From contig CM119372.1 in the NCBI GenBank assembly GCA_051294905.1, positions 5,706,001 through 5,770,000 on the forward strand: a stretch of DNA of 64,000 nt, in the 5' to 3' direction. The notes beneath the pieces were generated by a model. It saw only the letters and a list, made by a program, of their open reading frames with translations. It was not told where the DNA came from and did not search any database. This stretch comes from Botryllus schlosseri. Taxonomy: Eukaryota. Position numbers and translations under genes: made by a program. Shown in pieces: positions 49,466-62,665 of this stretch (positions are counted from its first letter, which is position 1; each line of letters opens with the position of its first letter).

Positions 49466-51349
49466 AATGCTAAACTGGCTAAAAATGGATAAAATAGTTT
49501 TAGATTTTTATATAGACTTGAATATCGCATTTGTGTTATATTGGATGACAAATGTTGAGCTTTGTAGAAACCTTGTGTCATAATTTTACGTATTTCTCAT
49601 TTCTCATATAGGCTACATCGTGACCAACCACTACTTTTTGCGAAACGCAAAGTACTATTGGAACAGAATATTTTACTATTTCATGATCCCAACACTTGGC
49701 ACTTCTTATGGTATCATATGTAATAATTTCCCACCTATAGGTGCTACATGCAGTGACATATCATGAAAGCGTCGAATGTGATTCTGCTTTATTGTGAATT
49801 ATTGAATTTAGATTCTGTACCAATCAATGCCGAGGGAGCTGCTTTGGGTAATTTCACATTCCGGACCTTAATTTTAGCTGTACCTGTTTATATATATCTC
49901 GAAATTTGTCATGCAGTGCCTTGCACGTTCCTGTAACACCCGCAAGTTTCTGATCAGGCCTAGTGGGGTTATTAAAATTGCACTAAACATGAATATGTCT
50001 CTAATTGCTCATGTGATAAAAAGGAAACTACAGAATGAAATGTCACAAATTCGCATTGCCTAACACCATCCTGTACGTAATGAATATCTCGAATGAAATT
50101 TTGTCATTATGACGTCGTATGGGCCAGTGGAATTAGGACTAACTATCCTCGACATTTTATGCTATTTTCACTCGACTCATGCCCGGTAAATTGCGTCTCC
50201 ACTCTATGTGTAATTGCATCTGCTCTGTGACATTTCTCATTGTGCACCTATGATCTTGACCCATGCCCCGCCAAATGCTTATTCAGCAGCGATGGTTTTC
50301 ACGTTTGCGTTCTGTGTGCGAACCTCTAAAATTCGAAGGTTCGCGTTCACAAACGAACCTTGGTTGATCACTGTGAACGCTTTTCATGCATTGAAATTTT
50401 TTCACGTCACTATAACGTCTTTGGTTGAGAGTTTTTGCATTTCAACATTGGACTACTCTCCGCATAGTGCTGGCAGTATTAAAGGGAATTCACCAGTGAA
50501 CGAGAGCGAACCTTGTCATTTTCAAAAACTATTTGCCCAAAAGTCAGCTCGGAATATTCAGATTTCCGTTTGTGAATCTTTAATGACTCTCTGCTATGAG
50601 CTTTGCTCACAATACCAAGAACTAAACACACTACATGTAGCATATTCTAAATTCTCATCTGAAATTCGTTGCGTTGCCTACGGACTTTTACCGATTCCTA
50701 ATTCGTACGGTGATCTCGTCGGAGGTTCATTGCACACGGTGAAAGTGCTCATTGTCGTTAGTATTGCTTACGTATCTCAGGAGTTCTCTTCAGTCAGTTT
50801 GGTTCAACATTTCTCCTCTACCGAATAAGGTACATGGAGAGAGCTACATCAGCGAAGCGCTAAAACACAGCTCCGCTGACATCAGACAGCAGTGATGAAG
50901 GGTCGGCGAATAGTAGTTGAACTAAAATCCATGGTAAAGTCTGTGTTCGTGGTTTTGCCTCGGGAAATAGTTCTCAGCCCAACATTAAGGTTGCGGGATC
51001 TGTGGAACATGCTCGGTATAGCAAGGTATATATACTTTTGAACCTAGTCCAATAGTACGTGTGGAAGTGGCTTGAGTGACGGACCTGAGAATGCAGTATA
51101 ATAGCCGATTTCACCTCGCTCTAACACCAAACAGTCTTGGAGTGATAAGAGAAGCTATAAGAAAGTTGTCATCTCAGTTCAAACTGTAGCGATACTGTTG
51201 CACTACAATCAAACAGTCATCAACAGAGCTGTATCCTCGGTGATCAGTAATTTTGAAGCCATCAAACCGCTCTACTTATCCAGGTTCATTGTAGTGTCCT
51301 GTTACAATCTGAGACAAGTCGCACGGCTGCTTGGATTCAGCACTATCAC

Positions 51350-54300
51350 CAGGCCGTGTTATTTTTGGCATTTCAGGAGCCAGATGCCAAAACTGCCAAA
51401 AATAAAAATTTGAAAATGCCAAAAATAAGCAATTTTTGGCATATGCCAAAAATAACACGGCCTGCCAAATAGTGTATTTCGTTCATGGTGTTGTCTTAAC
51501 AGGACCGCGTTACAAGCGAGAAGAGCAGTGGCGGCTCGTCCTATAGGGCAACTGGGGCATTGCCCCACCTAAAATTCTGTTCAATAACAATTCTTTGCCA
51601 TTTATAGACGCACACCTATCTATATAAACCGAAATCACAGCGAAAATCGTATACTTCTTGTCCTTTCGCTTGTAAATGCCCATATATAGCGAAGTCTATG
51701 CGAAAATCGAATTCTCTTCTGTGTTTTCGCATTGCGAATGCCTAGCCGGGGCTTGCCCCGGTAGCGCTCATAACAAGCTTTCACTGTCTATTCTCTCAAA
51801 ACCGCGCACAATAAAGAAACGGTGATTTACTCTCTCCTATTCATAAAATTACCGAGCAACCGGGGCACGATAGCTCTGTGCCCTTAAGGTGTGATGTAAC
51901 AATCGTATCTATTGCTGAACTCTGTTACCGTCATATGCGTTTAGTCGACCTTTGCTGGTATAGGTTGATTTTAATGGGGTTTCACACCATGAAAACTCTT
52001 GAAACTTGTTATGTCATGTCGTGATGGTGGTATTTAACACTGCCCCAAGTTTCAGGGTTTCTACTTAAAGTTTAGGGTAGTAATTCCGTTTCCGAAGTTG
52101 AGTGTGTGCTGATCCGTCATGTATCGCAAACAGATTTTACTCAAAAGCCTGTATTGGTATCCATTGGTTTTGACGGTGTTCAATACTGAGATCGGTTATG
52201 AAATTTGGCACGGTAAGTCTTAATGTTAGTATCGAACGCTGTACCAAGTTTTAAGTTTGTCACTGAACTGTGTTAGTGGTAATTTCGTTTCCTAATTCGA
52301 GTGAGAGCTGACTCGTCATTTATCGCTAACAGATTATACGCAAAGCCGGTATTGGTCTCTATTGATTTTAACGATGCTCCTTACCTAGATCCGTCATAAG
52401 CTTTTGCACGGTATGTCTTGATTTTAGTATCGAACGCTGTGCCAAGTCTCAAGGTTGACACTCAATGATTAGGGCAGTAATTTCGTTATCAAGGTCGAGT
52501 ATGGTAAAGATGTGCTCCGATCTGACACTTTAGCCTACAACACATTGCGGATTTCACGCAAAAGCCGGTGTATCTGCGGTAACGTTAAGTGAGATGATGA
52601 TATCATTCTCAGTTTGCATTCAAATATTTACTTTGATCGTATATTCTCCAATGTCAATTTCACCGTGAAATTGTGGCCTTCAAGCCATTTGCGTACAACC
52701 CCTCCGTCACTTGATCAGCCTATTCCTCAGTAAATTTTACGCAAAATTCGGTGTTGGTCTGTTCGCATTAATTTTGACAGTGTACCATACCGAAAAGGGC
52801 CATGAGGCCACTTCTCGATAATGTCATGTAACAGTGTACCAAGTTTAGGGCTTTCATCCACGTATTTATTCGGTAATATATTTTTCAAAGGCGATTTCGC
52901 AGCAGACCTATAAGACAGTAATAAAAACGTATGTGTCGTGTTACAGTCTCCAGTTTCAAGGCCAAAATCTCTTATGCTGTACCGAGACCAAATTTCCGAG
53001 GCTGCTATTCTTAGTCCTTTACAATGATGTTTTGGATTCAATAGGACAGGCCCAATCTATGAGATATAACAATTGCGTATCTGTCCGAATTTGTTGACCT
53101 TTCCAATTAGGCTTACGCTATCTCTCGAGTTATAGTCATTTCCATTTCTGCAGATAATTAGTCAGGTCTAATGCGAACATGAACCGTGTTGAATCTTTGT
53201 TCCGTACGCCGTTTACGCAGTTACCACACTTCAAGTCACAGCTCACCAGCGGACCTCTCGTGGCACATACGTTAAAATCACTGTTGCCGGGAAATTCATG
53301 TTACCGTACCATCATTAAGTTACTTGTTCACGTTGGAAAACGCCATTGTGACGTCATCTTGATAAAAAGTCGCTTGCAGCCCTTGCCCCACCACCCGATA
53401 TTGTCACGAGCCGCCACTGGAGAAGAGCGTTTGTGAAAGGCAGGTTTCTTAATCTGGGTCCAGCCCACCCATTAGGGGTGAAAGCATGGTGTCCTAAATG
53501 GTGTGGGCACAGCGAGATTGAACGGCTGACTGCATTTTGTTTACGTTATACTTTCCATTTGTCCAAAGGCAATTTTACGGCCATTTTTGACCGGCTTGTC
53601 GAGCGCTAAATTTGATAAAACGGGTATCAATGAGAAGCTGCCGCAGTACTGATTATTAAAATATAAATTATATTCTGCTCATGGAACTGGAACCCCCAAA
53701 ATCACCCACGATTTTTGCATTGTGATCGAGTTGAACATTGTGACGCAACAAACTGTCTGGCTATTTCTGAGCATCAGTCTCGTTTTGCCAGACAGTCATG
53801 TTGCGTCAATGTTCTTAAACACTCTAACCTTCTGAGGACTCTTCCATGCGAGTTGGTAATATTAAAGCCCCCTGAAGTGACAAAAGTCCTCAGAAAATAT
53901 ATCGGTAGTCTGAAGGAGAAATGATAGTCGGGCTACAAAATAGAATGTGTTGAGAGACAACACTGGAAACTCCTGGAAAAGGATCGGGAAGAAAATTCTT
54001 TCCGCGATGAGATCGATGGCACTGGCGAAGTGATCTCTTTTCATGATGCATGAAAGTCGGTTCGGCCCTCCAAAGATTTTGAAGCTCTGAAGACCTTTTG
54101 TAGATGACTGGCAACATTCTTTCCCTCAACGGCTACTGTTGAAGCCGATATTTTCCGGATTCGCTGGGCGATAAATGAATTTAGGAGAAACTTAGCTGAC
54201 CTGAGTTTGGAAGCACTGTTACAGTGCATACGATTTAACTCTATTCAACAGCTGTAACAATCAGCTGTTGAGCGTGTTTGTTAGGCTTTTCTTTCTTTTT

Positions 54301-54607
54301 TTTGCTTATTGGCACCGATTCCGATGGATACTGCACATTTTGTGGTTTCGTTTGATATTCATAACCTGTGAAATCGTTAGGTTTTTTCTTCTTCGTATTG
54401 TTTGTTGGCACTGATTATACGTGGATGCTGCACATTTTGTGGTATCTTCTGACAAACTAGCCCAAATAAAGCGTTTGTGTGACTAATTCGAGGCTGAAAC
54501 TATCTATTTAGAGGACGATGCCAAAACTGCCAAAAATAAAAATCGAAAAATGCCAAAAATAAGTTATTTTTGGCAGTTTTGGCATATGCCAAAAATAACA
54601 CGGCCTG
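51350..54607 (+). mobile_element. Decayed hAT transposon with transposase C-terminal remnant (53830-54257)
   Basis: TIR CAGGCCGTGTTATTTTTGGCA/TGCCAAAAATAACACGGCCTG, TSD ACTATCAC; FCR*LATFFPSTATVEADIFRIRWAINEFRRNLADLSLEALLQC. Confidence 0.85.
51526..53419. mobile_element. Nested non-autonomous hAT (CAGTGGCGGCTCG family)
   Basis: TIR CAGTGGCGGCTCGT/ACGAGCCGCCACTG, TSD GAGAAGAG. Confidence 0.92.
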
Positions 54608-55090
54608 ACTATCACCGATCCGGTTACGAAAACAGCGGCCTCTATGATTTTCGCCAATACCATACGCCAGCAGAGCGGTTATTTCTGGGGTGCCGATCGA
54701 TATCTCTGAAGAGGAATGCTTCGCCTAACAGAAAGCGATGTCGGCTAAACGTCTCAAGAAAAAACTGAAAAGGGCTGCACTGGAAGCTTCTCGGTATTAG
54801 TCTGCTTCAGCACGACGCAAGTTCATGACATTCGGATACCTACGTTTCGTTACGATGCCTTACAACTCTCCACCTACCAGATGCTTCAACTGTCATCGTT
54901 CGGTCACATCGCAAAAACGTGTCGCGGTCGGAAAACCTGCGGTAAGGTGGAAGATGCGACCCCGAATACGAAAACTGTCCAAATATAAGGAAATGTGTGA
55001 ACTGCAACGAATCCCACAGTGCTGGATACGGGCGGTGCTGAACATATAAACAGGAGGCTACAATCCAAATTGTAAAAGTACGTTCTACGG

Positions 55091-56375
55091 CAGTGCTTTT
55101 CAACCTGGGTGACGGTTCGCACTTGTGCGACTGAAAAAATTTCAGTGCGAATGGAGAAGGTGGTGCGAATAGGGTGAATGAAAATCCGGATCAAGTGCAA
55201 ATAATTCGAATAAACCGAATAGGAAATTTAACGTCAGTGTAACTATTGTAGTGGCGACGCAAGTGTAAAAACTTGTTTGACTTACGACGCACCACTAATC
55301 GTCCGTCTCAGCCTGCGACAGGAGGATACAGGAGTATACCATCATTACAAACTCACATTTGCAAGTTCCTGCAACGCAAATTTCTATCCCTTTAGGAGTT
55401 ATTAAAGTATGGACCGGAGAGGATATAATTTTGGGTCGCCACGGGGCCAGAGCTATCTGTTAATATGTGTGCAATATTCGTTGAGTTTATTGGAAAAAAA
55501 TCCTGCGATAGTTTTTTGCATATCCAAGGTCACTCTGTTGGGTACTGTAGCCATTAAGCGAGACTCGCAGAAAATATGGCTTTAACATGAGAATTCATGA
55601 CAGGATTTGTCCGACTGTTTATTCTGGAAAACATGGTCGAATAACGTTGGGATGAACTAGTGTAGGGTGCAACGAGCGAGTTCAGGCCTATGAGACTCAT
55701 TCATTTGGAGGCCAACCTCTACTGCGTCGGGGCACAGTAAAACGTAAAGTTTTGGCCAACAAACCGCTGATGACATGCGGTGCGGAAAACATATGCGGCG
55801 GGAAAACCTTGGTCTAAAAATGACCGATGCTGGATGGCCAAACCTTTCGATATGGATATGCTCCGTTGTCAGCACGGAATAGTCCCGTTCTTGCAATCTG
55901 AGTAGACAGTAGAAGCCTACAACTGCGACACGCAGAGCAGTTTAATTTGCCCTAATTTGAATTCGTGTGCGTCAGACATGCTTTGTAGAGCTGTGTTTGG
56001 TTAAATTGTGATATGCGCGTTCTGTATGTCATACATGTCTGTAAAATCGTAGCACACAACTGTATTATTAAAAAGGAATTCCTTTTCATGGGTGAGGCTA
56101 CGGTCGCGAGATGCCACAAAAACTCAGATTTTGGTGGTAGTCTAAAAGCCTCTTTAACGTTATTAATCGGTTATGAATTCTCAAGTTAGATTGAGCTAAA
56201 AAGCAGAACACACTGTATCGTGAGTTTATTTGCTCTTCTCGTATATACTCGCGAGACAAAAGTTGGAGCAACGTATCATAAAGTAGCGAGCTATAATGGG
56301 GCTATGTACTCTCCTTGATCATTTTGCACCTTATGTTCCCAGACGTAAGGCAAAAGCCTCAACACAAACATGTAG
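55091..56375. mobile_element. Partial inverted copy of the 56424-57454 element
   Basis: Starts CAGTGCTTTTCAACCTG; 55091-55200 and 56030-56375 are reverse complements of parts of the neighbour. Confidence 0.75.
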
Positions 56376-56423
56376 AGCTTCTTGGAGGTACAGAACTTCA
56401 ATATACAGTTGAATAGTATATTC

Positions 56424-57454
56424 CAGTGCTTTTCAACCTTTTTGAGATTCATTCGCACTTTTTTTGTTAAAGAAATTTCATTCGCACAAACTAACCGAAT
56501 ATTGTTATACAAAAAGAAGATGAAAATACCACATTTATTTGCTCAGATGTGCAACAAATTGGCTACTATCTATCTTAAGCTATCAAATGTCTCATTAAAT
56601 AGGCTACTATTTTCGCTCGTTTTGGTTTCAACTATTTAACTAAAACCCTTCTACTAGTGCTTGGATGACCAGGTCTTGAAGTCTGTTCTTGCACTCCTAT
56701 CCAACATACAGCGTATTTTTCAAGACTGAAAAATGCTTGTTGGACAAAATCGATTTGGAGAGCTGACAAAAAGCTCTAGGAAGCTCCAGTATGTCGGAGG
56801 TGTGAATAACTCGCCTGTTTGTGTTGAGGCTTTTGCCTTATGTCTTGGAATGTAAGGTTCAAATGATCAAGGACGAGAGTAGGCGCATTAGAGCTCGCTA
56901 CCTTATGATACGTTGCTCCAACTTTTTTTCTCGATTTCCCATTTTCTGTCTCGCGAGTATGTGGTAAGAGCAAATAAACTCACGATACTGTGTGTTCTGC
57001 TCTTTAGATCAATTTAAATTGAGAATTCATAACAGTTTAATACCGTTAAAGCAGTTATTTAGACTACCACCAAAATCTGAGTTTTTGTGGCATCTCGCGA
57101 CCCGAGCCTCACCCATAAAAAGGAATTCATTTTCAATATTCCAGTAGTATGCTATTATGTGACGGACATGTATGTACAAGTTTTTATAATTTCGTCGCAA
57201 CAACAAAAGCTACATTGTCGTTGTATTCCCTATAAGGTATATTTGAATTATTCCAGGCCAGAAAAAATGACAATTATTATTCACGATTTTCATTCGCACT
57301 CATACGGGATTTTCATTCGCACCGTTCGCACCACCTTCGTCGTTCGCATTCATCCGGGATTTTCATTCGCACAGTTCGCACCATGCTCGTCATTCGCACT
57401 ACAATTTTATTCATTCGCACAAGTGCGAACCGTCACACAGGTTGAAAAGCACTG
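56424..57454. mobile_element. hAT MITE with TTCGCAC subterminal repeats
   Basis: TIR CAGTGCTTTTCAACC/GGTTGAAAAGCACTG, TSD GTATATTC. Confidence 0.92.
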
Positions 57455-57469
57455 GTATATTCATATTGA

Positions 57470-57920
57470 AATGAACCGGAATATTTTCGGCTGACACTCG
57501 TTAGGGGTCATCGTCAGCAACTAGTAGAGAATTGGAAAGAACATTGTATATCAACAATCGTATCACAAAATATGACGTCAATAGCATGAAAGAGAGAGCG
57601 TTAAATGTACTATTTTTAGGTTGGACACGAACACCTTTTGTTGACAGAGTTCTGGTTGATGTATTTTGATAAAAGTCGACTCCAAGGCACACAAAAGGAA
57701 TTGTGAACGGCCCCGCCCAACGATTCGAAATCGGTCGTCTCGATAATTATTCGCACAAATCGGATTATCTAACAGATGTTTACCGATGGCAGAATTATTG
57801 GCCTTTGATCGCTCAGCATCAATCCTAAGCAGATGAGTGAAAGGTGAGCTTTTCACTGAGCGCGATGCACGTGTTCTGATAAATCTGGTGACATGTTGGT
57901 TTATGTGTTCCTGCAAATTT
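57470..57920 (-). mobile_element. Penelope-like remnant (GIY-YIG C-terminus and 3' region)
   Basis: NSAIGKHLLDNPICANNY..RFRIVGRGRSQFLLCALESTFIKIHQPELCQQK; the 3' region matches 995-1057. Confidence 0.82.
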
Positions 57921-58979
57921 CGTTATTTTCGACAGTGCAATATAGCGACATTTGGCACTGAAATAGACGCAAGCATACAGGAAACTTGCATTTCCGAAGA
58001 AACCGAACAATCAACTCCGTGATTTTTAACAAGAATTCGCCTAGCAGAAACTTCAATAGAGCTTCGTATAACATGACTAATATCAAAAGGCAGAACTAAA
58101 TGATGTTTTCAATATGTTCTTTTTTACATGACAAACAGACAGCATTAGATGTAAGAAGCACGCTCGCAGTATTCGGCATCGGATAGGAGTGGTCGAAATG
58201 ATCTGAGAGTTCAACTAGTCTAATTACACTCGCATCAAACAAGTACCTAGTTGTAAAATGTGTTTGATTAAAAAATGAAAAAGAAGTTGTAGTAGCAAAC
58301 ATATCAAATTGCATTCAATGAACGGCTCACTGGGTTACGTCATTCTCTCCATTTCACCAAATGCGACTTCGGCAATATGGTCGATTTTAGACTAGTGGTG
58401 TCGCGGGCCGCACCCGGCCCGCCAGACGACTTCATCCGGCCCACGAAGCAATCCTGAGTAGATCGAATAATGCTTGTATCATACAGCACATTTGTAACAA
58501 ACGATGAGATCTTTTGTAGGAAATACTACCTATAAAAATCCCTCTCCACTCTATAGTTACCCTTCGGAACAAGTCGGTGATATTAGCTCGCAATTTAAAG
58601 AAAGCCAAAAAGTGCACACTTAGTTCAGAGTTTTTTGAAAATGGACCGAAAACCAGTTACACAGAACTGTTATATGCAGGTTACTTGGAGCATAGTTACA
58701 CAAAATAAAATTGAAATATCTGTTGTCGCACTGCTCTGGATGTTATGACTCTTGGTTTCCATGTAAAGAAACCCGAATCGCTATTGAATAATAAAAATAA
58801 TAAACCAAATTTCAGCGACCGCGTTTACAGTTAAATCTTTTGTATTCCTCACAACGCATACGCGGTGCCAATGCCAGATTACGATACAGTGTCACATTTT
58901 CGAAATTCATCCTTGACGCAGTTTAAACAGTGAGATTCCGGACATGTCCGGGAAATTCCAGACGTCTGGCAACCGTACG

Positions 58980-59672
58980 TTAGAATATATATCCACCTCT
59001 ACTGAATACACGTTCCACTGGTGCACTAGATGCAGGAATGGACATGCATTTTTGAACCACACCGAAGAGCATTGGATACTCATTCTTTCTAGTCGCCGAA
59101 AAATGCAAAAGATCATCGCCTTCAAATCTACGCAAGAGCTTATCAGCCTAGCTCTTCCAAGTAGTTGACCATCTGAGTCATTGCATTGGCTCTAATTGAA
59201 CTTTGCTTCGATTGTTTGCTTGTATAATTGCAAAGTCTTGTATATTTGAAAAGTGACTTCGAAAAGTACTTTGATTGCGGAAGATCTATTACACCAACAT
59301 TACTGGAGCATTTTGTGCAATGCATTGCTAATATGTACCATTGTCTGTTGTTTTTACGGCGGCATATCTGATATCAGATGAGTGCATCTGCAGCAGTGGT
59401 GACAAATAGCGATGGCGGGGGAATTCGTCAGATGCGTTGATCTAGCCTTTACGATTTGCAGATTTCTTCATCTTCAAGTCATATAAAATAAGCCGAGTCA
59501 ATGACTTGGGTCGAGTCATGCGTAGTGACTCGAGTACAAGTCGAGTCAATCCAAATAGTGACTCGAGTCGAGTCGAGTCATTTTCCCATTTCAAGAAAAT
59601 GACTCGAGTCAAGTCGAGTCACAAAAAAATCGCGACTCGAGTCGAGTCATGACTCGAGTCATTACAACCCTG
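58980..59672. mobile_element. Right half of the CAGGGTTGTAA-family element
   Basis: Colinear with 39015-40715 minus the nested MITE; ends TTACAACCCTG. Confidence 0.85.
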
Positions 59673-60648
59673 TCATGGCCCTTGAACTCCCAAATCAGCG
59701 TCTAATTGTGCATTGTGTCCAAGTGTGGCATTGTCCCTCAATAACGACATCTTGAATAACTATGCTGCATCTCAGGAGCAAGTGAGGAGCAAAACGAGCC
59801 ACAAGCATATAGCCCGCGACTGAACAATGCTGTCACTCTTACTCCCGCCGCGCCGCTGCTCACACTGAGGTGAGCTCATGAATCCCTTCCCTAATGTTAC
59901 ACCGTTATAGGTTTATCTATAGGCTCCTATTCCCCACCTTATCCGCGTAAGCGGCGTCTTAAAAAAGACTAGAAGTGGGCCGGAATACCATTTCGACTAC
60001 AACGGAATCACAACAAAGAATATCGGACTGGTGTAAATGATCCGTGTAGTCAAAAAGCACCATGAATACCACGATGAACTATCTAGTCTGCCAAAAAATA
60101 CTGATGTTGAGCGCCTGTTATCCATTCTTGCCAAGCTATTTCGTCGAGGACATACAGTTCCAACCTGAAAAGTATTAAAATTATAATATTTGTTCTACAA
60201 CGCCTAATTTGAATACTTGAGGTCAAAACTTTGTCAAAATCATGTTTTCTAGGTCACAAAATGAACGCCCTAATGGTGATAATTCGACAGTTCAAAATAA
60301 ATTCAGGCAATGCAGTGACGTCGCAGATATACATCACGATGTACGATGTAAATAGTAAATATATGTCGTCGCGTAATCACCGTATAATCTGCGAAATTTC
60401 AAAACATTGGTGTGAAATTTTGCAGCCGCGATAACTAGAATCTCCAAATAGGGAAAACAAATATCACAGGGCACTAAATCTGACTCTGCGGGAGATCGGT
60501 GAGAATATAATATACACAACACACACCTATGGAGGCGATCGTGGAAACACAAAGTTTACCTGAATCAAATTCTACTTCGAAGATAGTCGGTAAACTTACT
60601 TCAAGACTAGTGCATACAGTAAAACACACACGTAATCAATTGCAGCTT

Positions 60649-60656
60649 CATAAATA
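60649..60656 (+). promoter_or_regulatory. Possible TATA-like box of gene 2
   Basis: CATAAATA about 95 nt upstream of the ATG at 60747; motif and position only. Confidence 0.2.
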
Positions 60657-60746
60657 GCCTCCGTGCCCCCTTCAGGTAATCGACGCGAAATACCCATGCC
60701 GTATGCATAGGATGCTATCGGCCGGATACCTCCTTCTGAACTCACC

Positions 60747-60849
60747 ATGAAGTCTTTGAATGGAATACTTTTTAGGGCGATAATTGTCGTTTGCTTCAGC
60801 CGTGCTATAAGGGGCGAAGGCAGTTGTAGTCAAGCGGAAGCAGCCAGTG
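60747..60849 (+). CDS. Gene 2 first coding exon: probable signal peptide
   Basis: caccATG context; MKSLNGILFRAIIVVCFSRAIRGEGSCSQAEAAS; donor G|gtaagt in phase 1, matching the next exon. Confidence 0.7.
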
Positions 60850-61254
60850 GTAAGTGAAATGGAAATTACTAATAGGCATAATATATAATATATCCATTTT
60901 GAGCGATAGATATTACCATGGAAACCCCGAAATCCGTAATAGCGTTAATATACATCCAATTAAGTTTTAAAGCTTTTAAATACTCTTCCTATGAATTCGT
61001 TCGTAGGGTACTCATATCATGGGTCGTAAATACCAGATTCAGAGTCTAGATCCGGTGCGTTTTCCTTTTGTTCTATCATCAGAGTGCACGAAACATGGCC
61101 GACGACGAAATCCTTTGTTGTGCTTATTGGGAAGTACAATATTAGATTTGCTCCTCTCGTCTCTGTACGCTGCTGTATCGTTTTATGCCTACACTGTAAA
61201 TTGAACCACCAGTATCGGCTTACTGACTGGAATTCAATTTCACCTATAAAAAAG

Positions 61255-61460
61255 CACTGGGAAGGTTGCGTGATGTGGAGCGTCCGGCATCTTGATCGGT
61301 AGGTCGAGGGTTCGATCCCCGGCCCGCCAGATCAAATAACTGTTTAGTAACGGTATCCGCGACTTCCCCGCTCGGCGCTCAGTATTACCGTGATCACATG
61401 GAGAGATGGTTCAAGAAGAAAGCGTTACATGCCTATAATTATACGCCTTCCTTGTCCAGC
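61255..61460 (+). mobile_element. tRNA-derived SINE-like remnant
   Basis: B-box GGTTCGATCCC at about 61309-61319 in a tRNA-like head followed by non-tRNA body; limits approximate. Confidence 0.5.
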
Positions 61461-62338
61461 GTAACACGTCGTGTCTATTTATATCTCGAGTCGGCGTATA
61501 TGTCGCAAAAACATCAAGGATAAAATTTACTACGCCCTACTTTCTTTTGCATAACTTCGATTGTAGCCGCTGAGGTATCGGGCTTCTACGTGTTTATTCA
61601 GGGTATAGTGGATTAAGCTGAAAATACAGTTAGGATAATTACTCCATAAAACTATCGAAACCTACGGTCGATTTTGGCGACTTCAAATTAATGCCGTAAC
61701 TCGGCCGCGAAGGAATCATGTACGAGATCTCTAAGTACGATGTACGGCCCGAAAATTTGGAATAACATACCAGTTACGATTCTTCAATGAAGCTAAATAT
61801 TCATTGATGAATTATCTTGTCATTTATTAATCATTTGGTCGAAAGTGGATTATCTTCATTTATGAGACCTGTTCTTATATTTGTCTTACGTGCGCATTCT
61901 GTCTTATATTAAGTGCTCACCGCAGGACACAATAGCCAAACCGACGATATAAAACCAATTGTCCGTTTTTTTGACATCAGTTCCTCAAATTGCGCGGTTA
62001 AAGGCTCCACGCAACCATCAGCACTAATATAGGGGTCAGCCTCAGCACTAACAATAAGATTAAGAACGAGATGAAAATTGCGTCAATACCGTTCATTTGG
62101 AAATATTGCTTTCTGATGTTTTTCCGATGAGACAAAGTACATGAAGATTTGATGCGATAATATCAGAATGAAACTTGTAGATTTACTAACGTCAGTAGTT
62201 TGGTGAGGTTAAGGTCACTTTGTAGAATTTAATCTATCACGAGCATCGCAGAGACCCTCTGTGTTTGTGATAGAAAAAACATGTGCCGAGCTCCCATTCT
62301 CATTGAGATATTGTGATATTTCTTGCAATCGATTTCAG

Positions 62339-62665
62339 ATGTATATATCACGCCGTGTACGACCAACGTTACCGTCAAGATCGGCCAAACTCCCAATTAC
62401 CAGATCGCGTTTTGCCACTCATCTTTCCGCGAACGAGATATGGCTTGGTACGAATTTGGCAAACCCGTCTCTACGGATACGTCGCAGCCATTTTATCAAG
62501 TGTACGACGTGGGTGGTCCGTCAAACAAATCCTACGTTGCATCGCTGGCGATTTCAAATAGACTGGACCCGTCTTTCCGAATACTCGAATGCCGCGGTGT
62601 AAATGACTCGCTGGACGAAGCGCAGGACACCCCGCTCCGTCTGCTCGTGGTAGCTTATGTGGAAG
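62339..62665 (+). CDS. Gene 2 exon: divergent Ig-like domain
   Basis: tttcag|...GAAG|gtacgt, 327 nt, phase 1-1, GC-richer than flanks; AFC...MAWYEFGKPV...ASLAI...LECRG; sequons NVT, NKS, NDS. Confidence 0.8.

Larger units (their letters stand above)
51200..55090 (+). pseudogene. LINE (I/Jockey-group) ORF1 gag-like remnant, split by the 51350-54607 insertion
   Basis: 54820-55085 gives, with frameshifts, PYNSPPTRCFNCH-FGHIAKTCRGRKTCGK...CPNIRKCVNCNESHSAGYGRC: three CCHC-type knuckles; also VISGVPIDISEEE near 54680. Confidence 0.78.

Noticed and set aside
49971..49976. ATTAAA as gene 1 polyadenylation signal
   Set aside because: Plausible position, but such hexamers are common in this AT-rich DNA.
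50214..50828. 204-aa ORF
   Set aside because: No recognisable motif, non-ATG start, overlaps a GTTCGCGTTCAC repeat element also seen near 6230-6310 and 62745-62820.
55540..55950. Possible transposase remnant on the minus strand
   Set aside because: GC-richer and coding-like, but no motif I can assign with confidence.
61270..61330. tRNA gene
   Set aside because: Only the B-box/T-arm is clear; no full cloverleaf, so treated as a SINE head.
61926..62031. Extra gene 2 exon after ccgcag
   Set aside because: The phase-1 frame hits TAG and no phase-compatible donor was found.
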